Part shown: in pieces, positions 34,734 through 48,569 of the stretch | How positions within the stretch are numbered: the stretch's first letter is position 1 | Layout of the letters: each line of letters starts with the position of its first letter | Source: Ranitomeya imitator | Taxonomy: Eukaryota | Direction: 5' to 3' | DNA: 64,000 nt | Assembly: GCF_032444005.1 (NCBI RefSeq) | Contig: NC_091286.1 | Coordinates: forward strand, 487,630,001-487,694,000 | Program-made: the position numbers and the translations under genes | Notes under the pieces: generated by a model | What the model was told of the DNA's origin: nothing | Database searches by the model: none | The model's input: the letters and a program-made list of their open reading frames with translations, nothing else

Positions 34734-35271
34734 TGTTAGGGTTGGCGGATTGCACTAAATAAAAATAAATAATTAAGTACAATCGTAACCTGGGGTCCAC
34801 CATGCAGAGATGATAAACTGCTGCTAGTGAGCAATGACGGAACAGACAGCGAACGATTGTCTGGACACGCTGTGTTAATGTCACACATTGTGACCGGAAC
34901 TCCTTTACCCCACAGAAAGGTACTGAACCAATATGTACAAGATGCTACGCCCTGTTAAATGTCACAGGGAAAAGAAGAGGAAAAAGAGTTGGAGACGTCT
35001 GACCACCAATAAGAAGATCCCACATCATGGACATGCTCAGTAAGGCGATTTCTGGACTTAGACTCCAGAGTGTCAGGTCGCTGCTGGCTATCGCTGGTTA
35101 CCATAGATTTGGCTGGAAAACCAGCAGTAACCAAACGAACACCACGAGCCTGAGCAAGACGCTGGGACCGACGTCTAAGCTCAGCAGCAACCACAGCAGC
35201 CAAACCTGAATGGGAGACTGCAGAAGCAGTTAAGGCTATCCCATGCAGCAGGAGAATCCCAATGCCTAACA
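34734..35271 (-). mobile_element. Older, shorter solo LTR of a related subfamily
   Basis: TGTTAGGGTTGGCGG..CCTAACA termini. Flanks ATGGG/AAGGG form a TSD with 1 mismatch. Homology to the family U3 and U5 ends. Confidence 0.75.
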
Positions 35272-37106
35272 AAGGGTTTTCAGAATTTTCATGTTTTTTT
35301 TTGTATTTATATGTTATGTAACTTTTATAAAATAGCATACAAGATGCAACCAAATCATTGAAAATGAAACATTAAAAGCCACAACTCTCATTTGTGATGG
35401 TTTCATTTTTATCTTCAAAATTCTCATTCAAATTTGAATTTTAAAAAAATCAACAATCAGACTTTGTTTTTACTTTTTAAAGGTTTAATTATCATTTTTA
35501 TAAAACATTTGTTCACAATATTATCAGAGTAATCTTTAAAAATAGAATGAAAAATGTTACTAGATTATTGAGACACATCGTTTTCCTATAGTGCTTCATT
35601 TTTAATTGGAAAATAGAGTGCAATTTATAAATCTAAGTGAATTAGACCTATTCAGTCAAGACAGATATGACTCTCACAAGTCATTTTCAAGTGTTAAAGA
35701 GAACACCAGATAAAAACACTATTACCCTGTAGATATGTGGTTAATCTGTAGGTTATAGCTTTATTAACTTAAATAGCTCCTGAAAATGTGCCCCTGGCCC
35801 TGACTAACAGCCAGCTCCAACGCAGAGCGAGTGTCAGGGTTGAGGGGTGCAGTCACTGACTCACTGCCACTGCTTTGCATACTTCAAGGAGTGACTGAAC
35901 CTGTGTCTGTGCCGTCCACATGACTGAATGCTGCTGAAGGAATGAAGTTCACTTTCTCCCCACACTGTTTGGCTAATGGCTGTCACAGGGCAAGTTAATA
36001 ACGCTATTAACCTGCAGTTTAACGTTATATTTGCAAGTTAATAGCATTTTTCTGGCTTTAAGTTTCATTTTATTAGTGTTCTATATCAAATAATTCTGTG
36101 TGAGAGCAAACATAAATTTTATTGCCCTTGAAGTGTACACAGACCTTTGGCTAAACTAAATAGCCAACTCCAATTTACAATGTCATCTGCCGTACATTTG
36201 AATTCATACCAAGGCAATCCCTCAGCAGGACAGGCCCTGATAACACTTCAGCAATCCTCTAAACATAGCTTAAAGGATCCATGTCCTCATTTCAAAATTG
36301 TATTCAGTGTTACATTATATAAGAACTACTAATGTATTATTATTGTATTACATTCCAAGAATTCCTTTAGCTAGGAAATTGACTGTTAAGGCCACTTGGA
36401 CAACATTCTGGCTTAAACTGCATGAAATAAAAAATTTTTGGTGCAACTCAAAGCTGAATAAAAACTCTGCGACTTTTGGCATTTTTAGCCAGTTCCTACA
36501 ACTTTTTGAAAAGTGGACAGAGTTCAGGTTGGGTGAAGTGTAGCCAGAGCCATCATAATTTCTTCCATGTAAATTATGTTTGAATTTTTTGCCAATTCCT
36601 GCCTGGCATACATTTCTGACAGCGGAAAGATGCAACTAACTTATGAAAGAGACACATGCCTCTTTATACATTTTCTGTATCTTACTCCAGTCCTTCCTTC
36701 ATTAACTCTTGAGACTTAATTAATCGGGGCCTTAACATCTCTAATGGATGATGCCTCATTGAAAGTTTTGAACAATAACCTGTCTATGTCACTCAACTAT
36801 ATGAATGAGCATGCAGGCCTCCAGATTGGAAACCATAGGGTCAACTCATCACATGGCATAGATGAACCAACCTGCTATACTTTGTTTTAGTCCATGTTCA
36901 TATGTTCAGTATTTGGTTAGTATTTATATCAGAGGTTCTAAGCCAAAGCCAGGAGTTGGTGAAAAATGTAGAAGTGGTGACATGTTTCTATTATACTTTT
37001 CCTTTTATTGTTCCACTCCTGATTTTGGCTTACAAACACTAATATAAAATACTGACTAAATACCTATAGTGTGACCGTGACCTTACTGATATTTCTGCAC
37101 AATTAA

Positions 37107-38293
37107 CACCTTCACGACCTTGCAATTTTTTTATTTTATCATTTTAGTTTGTTGCTCCCCTTCTTCCCAAAGCCATAATTTTTTTTCTGTCAATATGGCG
37201 ATGTGAAGGCTTTTTTTTTGGGATGAGCTGTATTTTTGAATGATATCACTGGTTTTACCATATGGTGTACTGGAAAACGGGAAAAAATTCCAAGCGCAGT
37301 GAAATTGCAAAAAAGTGCAATTCCACAATTGTGGAAAAGTTCATTAAATGTTAAAACTGACATGCCATTATGATTCTCCAGGTCAATTTGAGTTCACAAA
37401 TACCAAACATGTATAGGCTCTGAAGAAAAATCTAAAGCTTGTAAAACAAACAAAAAAAGGCTCCATTTTCCAAGACCAGTATACCATTTTTCAAGATCTG
37501 TGGCTGGGTAAGGGCTTATTCTTTGTATGCCGAGCTGATGTTTTACTGATACCTTTGAAATGTTTTGATAGCCTATTCCGGCATTTTATTGGAATGTTGC
37601 AGCTACCAAAAAAATGTAATCCTGGTGCTTTGATTGTGTTTCTCATTACACCGTTTACCAATCAGATTAATATACGGTACTTTAGATTTTAATAGATCTG
37701 ACAATTCTGAACAAAGTGATACCAAAAGTGTAATTTTTTTTCTTGTTTTATTTTAAATGATCCAGGATCTGGGTGATTTGAACTTTTAAATTTGTAAAAA
37801 AAAATTTAAACAATTTTTAACTTTTTACTTGCTTCAATAGTCCTCTTAGGAGACTTGAAGCTGCGATCTTTTGATCATTTCTGCTACTCCGCTACACAAA
37901 GCAGGGCTTCAACCTTGCTGCGTGTTGCAGAAATCATCTCCTATGAACACCTACCACTGGCCAGCATTCTTTGGAGATCTGCAATGACAAGCACAGGGGC
38001 CTTCTGCAGACTTCTGCTTTCATGCCATCCCAACTGCACCCCATGATTATCTGATAGGTGCATCGATAGGCGGGTCTTATGATGCTCTTTTGGTATGTTT
38101 GAGTTAAATTTAAATTTAACAAGTTAAAAGCCATGGGTGAATCACAATTCCACCAGTAGCTGCTAGAGGCACATAACAGCTGATCAAATCAGTCATGCGC
38201 TAGGAAAGATGCTGGCTCAGTGCCGGAGCCCACATCAAAAGGAGGGACATGAACTTTGACATATCCACAGTATATGTTAAAGCTCGTAAAGGG
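37107..38293. repeat. piggyBac-like non-autonomous element, degenerate
   Basis: Starts TTAA|CACCTTCACGACC; degenerate right end GCTCGTAAAGGG. Confidence 0.5.
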
Positions 38294-40161
38294 TTTTAGA
38301 ATTTCTTATGCATAGCTGTATTATAAGAAGGCATAGTAGAGCTGTACTAGACTGCCTTTTGTTTCTGATTTTATTTGAGAACACATGAATGACTACTTGT
38401 AAGAAATATTAGAAAAAAATAGTATGGTATGCTCCACTGATTTCTGTTTGCATGGATTCTTCCCTGGATGCATTGTATTGAGGGCAAAATTTCTCTATAA
38501 TTTTAGCACCAGATCAAACTTAAACAGTATATAGAGACCATATCTATACACAATTGTTGCACTTGCTCTATACACAGGTTAGTTATATACTTGAGGCATG
38601 AAGAGCTTAAAAGCTTGCAGTTAAAATATATCAAACTTGTGCAACTGGTTCAATCTAGAGGTTTTGCACCGCCAGCAAAAAACATGAACCGTGCTGTCGA
38701 ACAGTAGTGGCACTTAACCATGACCTGAGGCATGTGTGAGAAACATAGTACACATCAGACTGCCTCCTAGTAACCCCTATAAATTCTCGCACTCTCTCTC
38801 TGAAATTTCATATCTTTCTGAAAAATAACAAGCTATTCATATCTTAGTATTTCAAATTATAAAAAGAAAATGTAATTAACTTACAGACAAAATGAACACT
38901 TAAATTGTTGTTCTTCTTAGGGCATACTTAACTAATAAAATCGAGATGCACCGAGAAAATACCTCGTGTCACATTAGGAAACCAAAGCTTCAATTACTTA
39001 CACATTGATTATAAAATATACACAGCAATTACAACAGCCACCTGTTTTACAAGATGGTAGGTAAAATCTAGGGAGACACCACTTATGGTAACACTTTTCA
39101 AATGTGAGCCTGGAGGAGCACCTGGGGAGAAAACATTAGCTTAAGGAGTTGATTTATGTAGATTGTTCAAAGGTGCCGCTTGATGCTGCTTTACTTGTGT
39201 CTATAGTTTGTGTCAATCGCTTTTATAGACAAGAATGGTAATGATCTAGCAATAGAAGGACAAACTGTCAATTACCCAAGAACGTTTACAATTAAAATAG
39301 TCAAAGTTTCCTCTAGTAGCTGTGATGTTTTACCATGCTAAACTGCCAAATGGCATGTAAAGAACTGTCAACTGTCAACTTTTTTGTCCTGTTTTCTTTT
39401 CTTAAAAGATGTATCAGTCAGGGTCAATAATAACATAGGGAAAGCTTTTTGTAAGGTCTATGGATTTGGAGGGAAACTTTGCTCTCGTTTTTATAGCATA
39501 CACACAAATACAAATGCACGATGAGTCTGCCAAGTTACATGTGAACCTTGATTACATGAATTTTGAACTGCATGACTGCTATATTGAGTTTACCTACAAA
39601 ACTAAGATACTTAGCACACATCTTGGTCATATTGTATGGGACAATAAGCCAACAAACAGATGACCTCTATATAGTGTTGGACTTGAGTACCTTGGAACCA
39701 CCAGACAAAATCATTCTTGGGGCCCACTAGCTACATAGAAATCAACACTATAATGGCTCACTTTTATAAAGAAATTCCATAACTTGAGTCAAATCTTTAG
39801 AGTACTTACTTCACCATCACCACTATAAATTTATCAATTGTAGCTCAACCTTATCAATTTGGTGCAAATTACAATAGTGCAATTTTTTAAGAATAATACA
39901 TTTCCTAATGTTAAAGGAAGAAATGGCGTCCACTAAACTAATGGTTTATAACATCTGATCCATATGCTGAGAAAATCTGCAGAGTAAATTGCCCGGCTCT
40001 GAGGATTTAACATGAACAATATGTCAATTTATGCTGCAGATATTCACCACTGATTCATCCTTTGCCGTGATTAAGATGAAGTCTGTGATAAAGGTGCATC
40101 ATTTGCTTAGTAGTAAATGCAGCAATATCTGAACAATTTGCATGAACATTATAACTCTTAA

Positions 40162-41271
40162 CCCCTTACTGACATATGATGTACTAGTACGTCATATGTT
40201 GTCTCCCTGACCTTGATGTCGGCTTGCATGTCTAGCCCACATATTTGCAGGCAGATGACAGCTGTGTTACTCAGCCAGGTTCTGTCTCTAACAACCGTGG
40301 ATGGAACAAAGCTCCTTCCTTGGCTATTAATCAGTTAAATGCCGCTGTCAAACTTTGCTAGTGGCATTAACAACACACAGTCAGGAGGCGCGTCATTCCA
40401 TGCGCCCATCAGCATGCCGATAATATGATTGTGGGGTGCTGCAGATCACTATGACAGCCAGGAGTCTGCTGAATGCCCCTAAGCCTAACATGACGGTACT
40501 CCTGTGAAACCAAGTGTTCAGCTGGTGTTCATAGGAGACCATCATTTTTGCTATATTGTTGCTATATGTAGCAATGCTCTGGCATTCGTGTTTATAGCAC
40601 ATGCAATTAGATGATCAAAGCTTCAAATTCTTCAAGGGGACTAACAAATACAATAAAGAAAAGTTTTAAAAAATGGGAAAAAAATTGACGTTTACATTGC
40701 ACTCCTTTTCCCCTCCATTAACACTGCATTTATAAAAATCCAATCTATAAAATATTAAAACAATTAAACAGTAAGCACAGTAAATGGAAAAATTGAAGAA
40801 CATCAAATTTACATTCTTTTGGAGGTGGCAGAAACGCAAAAATGTTGTAAAAGCAATCAAAATTCCATATCCATCACAAACTGGTATTAAAAAATGTCTT
40901 ACATTACAAAAAAAAAACCCTCTCACAAGTCCATCTACCCAAAAAATGAAATTGTTACAGGCCTTGGAAAATGATGACACAACCCACAATTATTTAAAAA
41001 AAATTCTGATTTTTTTCACCAGTAGAATAATTTAAAAAAATGACATTTTTGTTATCACCATAATCGTACTAATAAGGACAATCATATTTAAAGGTCATCT
41101 TTACCATACAATGTACGCCACAAAAACAATTCTCAAAAAACATTGTCAGAATTCCTTTCTTTTCACAAATAATCTGCACTTTGAATTTTTTTCACATTCT
41201 CTAGTACATTATGTAGTAAAATTAAGTGTCATGCAAAATACAGCTTGTCTAGCAAAAAACAAGCCCTCATA
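40162..41271. repeat. piggyBac-like non-autonomous element hosting the Tc1 insertion
   Basis: Starts TTAA|CCCCTTACTGAC and carries the family motifs. Confidence 0.55.
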
Positions 41272-41273
41272 TA

Positions 41274-42879
41274 CAGTGGGGCAAAAAAGTATTTAGTCAG
41301 TCAGCAATAGTGCAAGTTCCACCACTTAAAAAGATGAGAGGCGTCTGTAATTTACATCATAGGTAGACCTCAACTATGGGAGACAAACTGAGAAAAAAAA
41401 ATCCAGAAAATCACATTGTCTGTTTTTTTATCATTTTATTTGCATATTATGGTGGAAAATAAGTATTTGGTCAGAAACAAACAATCAAGATTTCTGGCTC
41501 TCACAGACCTGTAACTTCTTCTTTAAGAGTCTCCTCTTTCCTCCACTCATTACCTGTAGTAATGGCACCTGTTTAAACTTGTTATCAGTATAAAAAGACA
41601 CCTGTGCACACCCTCAAACAGTCTGACTCCAAACTCCACTATGGTGAAGACCAAAGAGCTGTCAAAGGACACCAGAAACAAAATTGTAGCCCTGCACCAG
41701 GCTGGGAAGACTGAATCTGCAATAGCCAACCAGCTTGGAGTGAAGAAATCAACAGTGGGAGCAATAATTAGAAAATGGAAGACATACAAGACCACTGATA
41801 ATCTCCCTCGATCTGGGGCTCCACGCAAAATCCCACCCCGTGGGGTCAGAATGATCACAAGAACGGTGAGCAAAAATCCCAGAACCACGTGGGGGGACCT
41901 AGTGAATGAACTGCAGAGAGCTGGGACCAATGTAACAAGGCCTACCATAAGTAACACACTACGCCACCATGGACTCAGATCCTGCAGTGCCAGACGTGTC
42001 CCACTGCTTAAGCCAGTACATGTCCGGGCCCGTCTCAAGTTTGCTAGAGAGCATTTGGATGATCCAGAGGAGTTTTGGGAGAATGTCTTATGGTCTCATG
42101 AAACCAAACTGGAGCTGTTTGGTAGAAACACAACTTGTCGTGTTTGGAGGAAAAAGAATACTGAGTTGCATCCATCAAACACCATACCTACTGTAAAGCA
42201 TGGTGGTGGAAACATCATGCTTTGGGGCTGTTTCTCTGCAAAGGGGCCAGGACGACTGATCCGGGTACATGAAAGAATGAATGGGGCCATGTATCGTGAG
42301 ATTTTGAGTGCAAACCTCCTTCCATCAGCAAAGGCATTGAAGATGAAACGTGGCTGGGTCTTTCAACATGACAATGATCCAAAGCACACCGCCAGGGCAA
42401 CAAAGAAGTGGCTTCGTAAGAAACATTTCAAGGTCCTGGAGTGGCCTAGCCAGTCTCCAGATCTCAACCCTATAGAAAACCTTTGGAGGGAGTTGAAAGT
42501 CCGTGTTGCCAAGCGAAAAGCCAAAAACATCACTGCTCTAGAGGAGATCTGCATGGAGGAATGGGCCAACATACCAACAACAGTGTGTGGCAACCTTGTG
42601 AAGACTTACAGAAAACGTTTGACCTCTGTCATTGCCAGCAAACGATATATTACAAAGTATTGAGATGAAATTTTGTTTCTGACCAAATACTTATTTTCCA
42701 CCATAATATGCAAATAAAATGTTAAAAAAACAGACAATGTGATTTTCTGGATTTTTTTTTCTCAGTTTGTGTCCCATAGTTGAGGTCTACCTATGATGTA
42801 AATTACAGACGCCTCTCATCTTTTTAAGTGGTGGAACTTGCACTATTGCTGACTGACTAAATACTTTTTTGCCCCACTG
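41274..42879 (+). mobile_element. Tc1-family (DD34E) transposon, young
   Basis: 208-bp TIRs (41274-41481, 42672-42879) that differ at about 2-3 positions, flanked by TA on both sides. Confidence 0.97.
41641..42663 (+). CDS. Tc1 transposase, 340 aa, uninterrupted; first catalytic Asp changed to His
   Basis: Paired-like HTH N-terminus, GRPR-like SGAPRK, WSHETK (normally WSDETK), QHDNDPKH and [11 protein letters not shown] with D-x34-E spacing. Confidence 0.95.
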   Translation: MVKTKELSKDTRNKIVALHQAGKTESAIANQLGVKKSTVGAIIRKWKTYKTTDNLPRSGAPRKIPPRGVRMITRTVSKNPRTTWGDLVNELQRAGTNVTRPTISNTLRHHGLRSCSARRVPLLKPVHVRARLKFAREHLDDPEEFWENVLWSHETKLELFGRNTTCRVWRKKNTELHPSNTIPTVKHGGGNIMLWGCFSAKGPGRLIRVHERMNGAMYREILSANLLPSAKALKMKRGWVFQHDNDPKHTARATKKWLRKKHFKVLEWPSQSPDLNPIENLWRELKVRVAKRKAKNITALEEICMEEWANIPTTVCGNLVKTYRKRLTSVIASKRYITKY

Positions 42880-43297
42880 TATATAGTCTTTATATATAAT
42901 GCCATAACTTTTTATGAAGGGCCTCATTTTGTTTGTCGTGGGGGAAGAAAACCTTTAGTTTCTAAGGAGTGATACAAGAAGAAGGGCTCAGTCAGTCGGG
43001 GGGTTAAGGTGAGAAAATACACAGTCAGTCAAAGGTGACATAGGGAATGGAATCAATCTGAAATGATACCATGAGAGGGGACTCAATCGATACATGGGGA
43101 AGAGATGCATTCAGTGAGGGGTCATAAATGGGAGGGGGTTCAGTCAGGGGCGATATATGGTGATGGTGCACAGTCAGTCAGTGTTGATACTGATGGAGGG
43201 GGAGCAGTCAGGAGTGAAACAAGGAGAAGGGGCTTAGTCAGTTAAGGGTGAAATGATAAATGAAGGAATGGAGTCACACATTCAGTGTTTGGCTTGG

Positions 43298-43470
43298 CAG
43301 TGAGGAAATAAGCATTTGATACACTGCCAATTTTGCAAGTTTTCCAATCTACAAATAATGGAGAGGTCTGTAATTTTTATCTTATGTATGCTTCACCTGT
43401 GACATAAAGAATTTAAAAAAATCCACAAAAATCACATTGTATGATTTGTGCATAATACTTTTTCATGGAC
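43298..43470. repeat. Tc1 TIR remnant
   Basis: CAGTGAGGAAATAAGCATTTGA..GAGGTCTGTAATTTT resembles the 41274 TIR architecture. Confidence 0.5.
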
Positions 43471-43479
43471 TGCGATCTT

Positions 43480-44470
43480 GCGGCATTTAACATCATCAAT
43501 AGTTTAATAGAAGCTCTGAGCATAAGTAATAATTCAGAGAAATGGAAGCTCTTCATTAATTTGTCCAAAAGAATCCTGAAAGTAGCTTACAGCTTAATGG
43601 CAATGAGCTACTTTCAATTACAGTTGGGTATGCAGTCCACATGAAAGAAACATATGACAACAAGAACCAGTTGTTGATGTACCAACACAATGGCCAATAT
43701 TTGTAGCACTCTGTGGAGATTAAAAGGTGGTTTCTAAGATGGATACACAAAGTACAGCTACTTTCTTTTAGAGTGGAATAGTCGTGCAAGAGAATATCAC
43801 TATAATAAAAGAGACTGGCCTCTCTGATATTCACTTCAGCCAGGGAGTAAAAATGTCCTGCGTCCAGCACTGGTTGAACAACATAAGATTTTGCTATCAC
43901 CTCCACATAATAAAGTGCCTAATGAAAAACCTTGTAAAAGCAATGGATAAAAATGCAAAAGCATTAAGTTATCTCACTGATAAATTTCCAAGGTTGAGTG
44001 AAGCAAAGATAAAGGAAAGAGTCTTTATTTGACCTCAGATTAATAAGATTCATAAAGATGAGGAGTTTCTACATTTGTTGCAGGGCAAGGAAAAGACTGC
44101 ATGAGTTACATTTGCATTAGTGCTAACTACATTTTTTGGAAACCAAGAGAAGGTAGCTATGAAGAGTTGGTTTTGGTAGAAAATCCCCAAAAATATAAGG
44201 ATCTTTACTGTAACATATTCTGAAAGATAAATTTCTAACATTCACATCTAGTCTTACTTCCACAAAACTGTGGAGCAGTGAGCAATGAGCACAGTGAGAG
44301 ATTTCACCAAGAAATTGCAGCTATGGAGATAATATATCAAGGAAAATGGAATCCATCAATGCTTGCAGATTACGATTTGGACAATTGTAAGAGATGGACC
44401 TATGCAAAAGTACAAGAGACAAGCAAAAAAGAGTTGTCACTGAATGAGGACCAAATTAAGTAGTGCAATT
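43480..44470 (+). pseudogene. Decayed DNA-transposase-like relic (superfamily not assigned)
   Basis: Fragments WKLFINLSKRILK, VGYAVHMKETYDN, HLHI..LMKNLVKAMDK..YL..KFPRLSEAKIKE and SNEHSERFHQEI..ME..YQGKW..SMLADY. Confidence 0.65.
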
Positions 44471-46923
44471 TCGATAACTTTAAATAATTAGCAATAATAT
44501 TGACGCATGTTTTAGGTTTTTGAATTATTGCTACGTTTCCTTTAAGTAAACTTCAGAAAATTGTCATAACAAAATATTCTGCATCTTTATATTTGCAAAA
44601 ATAATATTTCAATGTACAGAAAATGTTATGCATGAATTACATGTAGCAGTAAAAGTGAAACCCTTTGTTATCATAAAAACAAAGGTCAACAAAAAATGTA
44701 ATTGCCAAATTTGAATTCAGGAGGTCAAAATCTATAGGAAATGGTTCATTTCATCACTGAACCAGACAACTTTTTAAATATGTAGAACAGTGTAATCAAA
44801 AATACAAATTGCCTAATAATTGTGCACATGCTTATTAAATATTAATACCTAATCAAGTACTTAATAAAACTTCTAAAATTAATTTTAATTTTAGATTGAA
44901 TCTAAGAATGCATCCAATAGTAAGTCTACCTTTGTAGATTATAGCAAGATGCATCTGTCAAATTGAAGTGCTCCATCAGGAGTAGTGATCAAGCTAATTG
45001 AGTTTGTATTTCATTTAAATTGTTCCAAATTGTTTTAATTAGCAACATTTTGTTCTAAGATATACTTTTCTTTAGACATTTTTTTTTACTTTTAGAAAGT
45101 TGTCTTTAGAATTCCATGTTACATTTTTCTTTTGCCAGCAATTATGTTTTGGGGATTGGGAACTGTCAGTATAAAGCTCTTATTACGTCATTTTTTTTCT
45201 ATGGTTTCCATTCCAGTCTGAAATATTCAGACTTGGCTGACCTTCTGGCAGGGAGAAACAAATGATAACCAAACTTTTACAATTCTAAAGCACAGGTGAA
45301 TTTTTAAGTCCATTTCTCGTGTTGTCTGTTTACATGATTGGCTTGTCTATTTGAGTGCTCACGTAACCTAATCAAAAGCCAACAACTCGTTTTGGATACA
45401 TAATCAGAAATGCAAATTATGCACATTCAGTTCTGATTGTTCAGATAAGAGAATTAAAAATTTCTTCTGAATTCATGCTCTGGGAACAAAATTTATGGCA
45501 GCAGGAGATCTGGTGAGTCAATTATTTCATGATTGGCAGTGCAAAATGTTTTTAAACCCTTATGTTTCTATGAGCAACAATACACATAACTATCCTTTCA
45601 AAATTGGGTGCTACTTTATTTATTTATTTGGATGCACTGTTAATTCTGATAATTGTGAAAAAAGAATTCCTGTCTAATCATGCCAGCAATTAATCAGTGA
45701 GCTTGCAAAATGCTTGTTGATGGTGTAATATTATTTTTTAAGCAGGCTTAAAAATCAGCATTTGAGATAGCACATCTCTCTATGCACACATAATGATCAT
45801 TTTAATGATCATTCTGTCTGCATGAAAGTTTGATCGTTATGTCTAAATGAAGACACACAGCCAATAGATGGTCAATTAATGGCCACAGTCGGCCTGTCTA
45901 AATACAGCATCACTTTTACTGAAACCAAGTTCATACTTTCGTTTTTCAAATGAACAGCATGCGGATGCAACATATGGAATGTGCTTTAAATTTGAAATGC
46001 CATCCCGATAATCAGTATAGGCAAAATTGGTCTGAAAACTGGAACAAATTAAAACATTCCTCCCATTTTTGTTTTCCTGCAGACAATTGGTTATGAAATG
46101 ATATAAGCTGTAAAGTTTTCTTCTATGTTATATAAAAAAATGTGTAAATGTGGACTTATTGATATTTTTTCAAGAATACCTCAGTGAATTCATTTATATT
46201 TCATTTTGTACTATTTTCTTAGCTAGTAAATACTGAACACATGAAAAATGGATATGTTACACCTCAAGCTATAACTAAAATCTCTATTGTCAACTGTTGA
46301 AAGGCAACAAATAGCAAAGGCCATTATGCTGTTCCTTCCATTTTCAGGAAAAAAATCAAACCACCTTAAGTGGTTTTCTCATGAAGACAACCTCTGTTCA
46401 TATATCTGTGTTGACCTCTAATTGGCTGGTACAATCAGCTGTTCTATCTGAAACAGGTAGTAGCTGATAGAACAATCTTCAACTGAGTACTTATGTTTTT
46501 GCTCATATTGTACCCATATAACATCCATATTAATTTTTTTAATCCACTATTTAATTCACAAATATGAGCTAATATATTTAGATGAGCCAATATGCTGTTT
46601 TTTATACTCTTTACCAAAAGGGCATTGCCCAATGGTTTCTTAGAGAGCATGTTTTTTGGTTGCTCTACATTATTATGCTGTGCACATGTGCACACGTTCT
46701 GGGTTCATAGTGCATTATCTTTCCAAGTCTAATATCGTCAAAGTGTATGCACGGTAAAATATAGCATGAAGCTAATACTTGTCTCTCTTCTCTTCATACA
46801 GGAAACTCACTGATTATGCTGTCTAACCCCTCTCAAGAGTGAACAACTCCCTTGTTATTGCAATATTTCATTTTTGGTATACACTCATTGATTCTCCCAT
46901 CTAATCCCTGTAAAGTGTAATTA

Positions 46924-48569
46924 CAGTTAGGTCCATATATATTTGGACAGAGACAACATTTTTCTAATTTTGATTATAGACATTACCACAATGAATTTTA
47001 AACAAAACAATTCAGATGCAGTTGAAGTTCAGACTTTCAGCTTTCATTTGAGGGTATCCACATTAAAATTGGATGAAGGGTTTAGGAGTTTCAGCTCCTT
47101 AACATGTGCCACCCTGTTTCTAAATGGACCAAAAGTAATTGGACAATTGACTCCAAGGCTATTTCATGGAGAGGTGTGGGCAATCCCTTCGTTATGTCAT
47201 TCTCAATTAAGCAGATAAAAAGCCTGGAGTTGATTTGAGGTGTGGTGCTTGCATTTGGAAGGATTTGCTGTGAAGTAAAAATGTGGTCAAAGGCGCTCTC
47301 CATGCAAGTGAAACAAGCCATCCTTAAGCTGCGAAAACAGAAAAAAACATCCGAGAAATTGCTACAATATTAGGAGTAGCAAAATCTACCATTTGGTACA
47401 TCCTGAGAAAGAAAGAAAGCACTGGTGAACTCATCAATGCAAAAAGACCTGGGCGCCCATGGAAGACAACAGTGATGGATGATCGCAGAATAATCTCCAT
47501 GGTGAAGAGAAACCCCTTCACAACAGCCAACCACGTTATCAACACTCTCCAGGAGGTAGGTGTATCAATATCCAAATATACCATAAAGAGAAGACTGCAT
47601 GAAAATAAATACAGAGGGTTCACTGCACGGTGCAAGCCACTCATAAGCATCAAGAATAAGAAGGCTAGACTGGACTTTGCTAAAAAAAATCTAAAAAAGC
47701 CAGCAAAGTTCTGGAAGAACATTTTTTGAACAGATGAAACGAAGATCAACCTCTACCAGAATGATGGAAAAAGAAAAGTATGGCGAAGGTGTGGTACAGC
47801 TCATGATCCAAAGCATACGACATCATCTGTAAAACACGGCGGAGGCAGTGTGATGGCTTGGGCATGCATGGCTGCCAATGGCACTGGGTCACTAGTGTTT
47901 ATTGATGATGTGACACAGGACAGAAGCAGCCGAATGAATTCTGAGGTATTCAGAGCCATACTGTGTGCTCAGATCCAGCCAAATGCAGCCAAACTGATTG
48001 GTCGTCGTTTCATACTACAGATTGACAATGACCCAAAACATAAAGCCAAAACAACCCAGGAGTTTGTTGAAGCAAAGAAGTGGAATATTCTTGAATGGCC
48101 AAGTCAGTCACCTGATGTCAGCCCAATTGAGCAGCATTTCACTTGTTAAAGACTAAACTTCAGACAGAGAGACCCACAAACAAACATAAACTGAAAACCA
48201 CCGCAGTGAAGGCCTGGCAGAGCATCAAAAAGGAGGAAACACAGTGTCTGGTGATGTCCATGAGTTCAAGACTTCAGGCAGTCATTGCCAACAAAGGGTT
48301 TTCAACCAAGTACTAAAAATGAACATTTTATTTAAAATTATTGAATCTGTCCAATTACTTTTGGTCCCTTTAAAAACAGGGTGGCACATGTTAAGGAGCT
48401 GAAACTCCTAAACCCTTCATCCAATTTTAATGTGGATACCCTCAAATGAAAGCTGAAAGTCTGAACTTCAACTGCATCTGAATTGTTTTGTTTAAAATTC
48501 ATTGTGGTAATGTCTACAACCAAAATTAGAAAAATGTTGTCTCTGTCCAAATATATATGGACCTAACTG
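46924..48569 (+). mobile_element. Second Tc1-family transposon with a disrupted transposase
   Basis: TA|CAGTTAGGTCCATATATATTTGGACAG with a matching inverted end, then TA; TIRs about 220 bp. Remnants *TDETKINL, KHGGGSVMAW, IDNDPKH and SPDVSPIE carry stops and frameshifts. Confidence 0.92.

Noticed and set aside
39460-39663. 67-aa ORF as a host exon
   Set aside because: No recognisable homology and no clear donor site.
45135-45295. AG..GT-bounded segment as a host exon
   Set aside because: Stops occur in all three frames from the best acceptor, and there is no supporting evidence.
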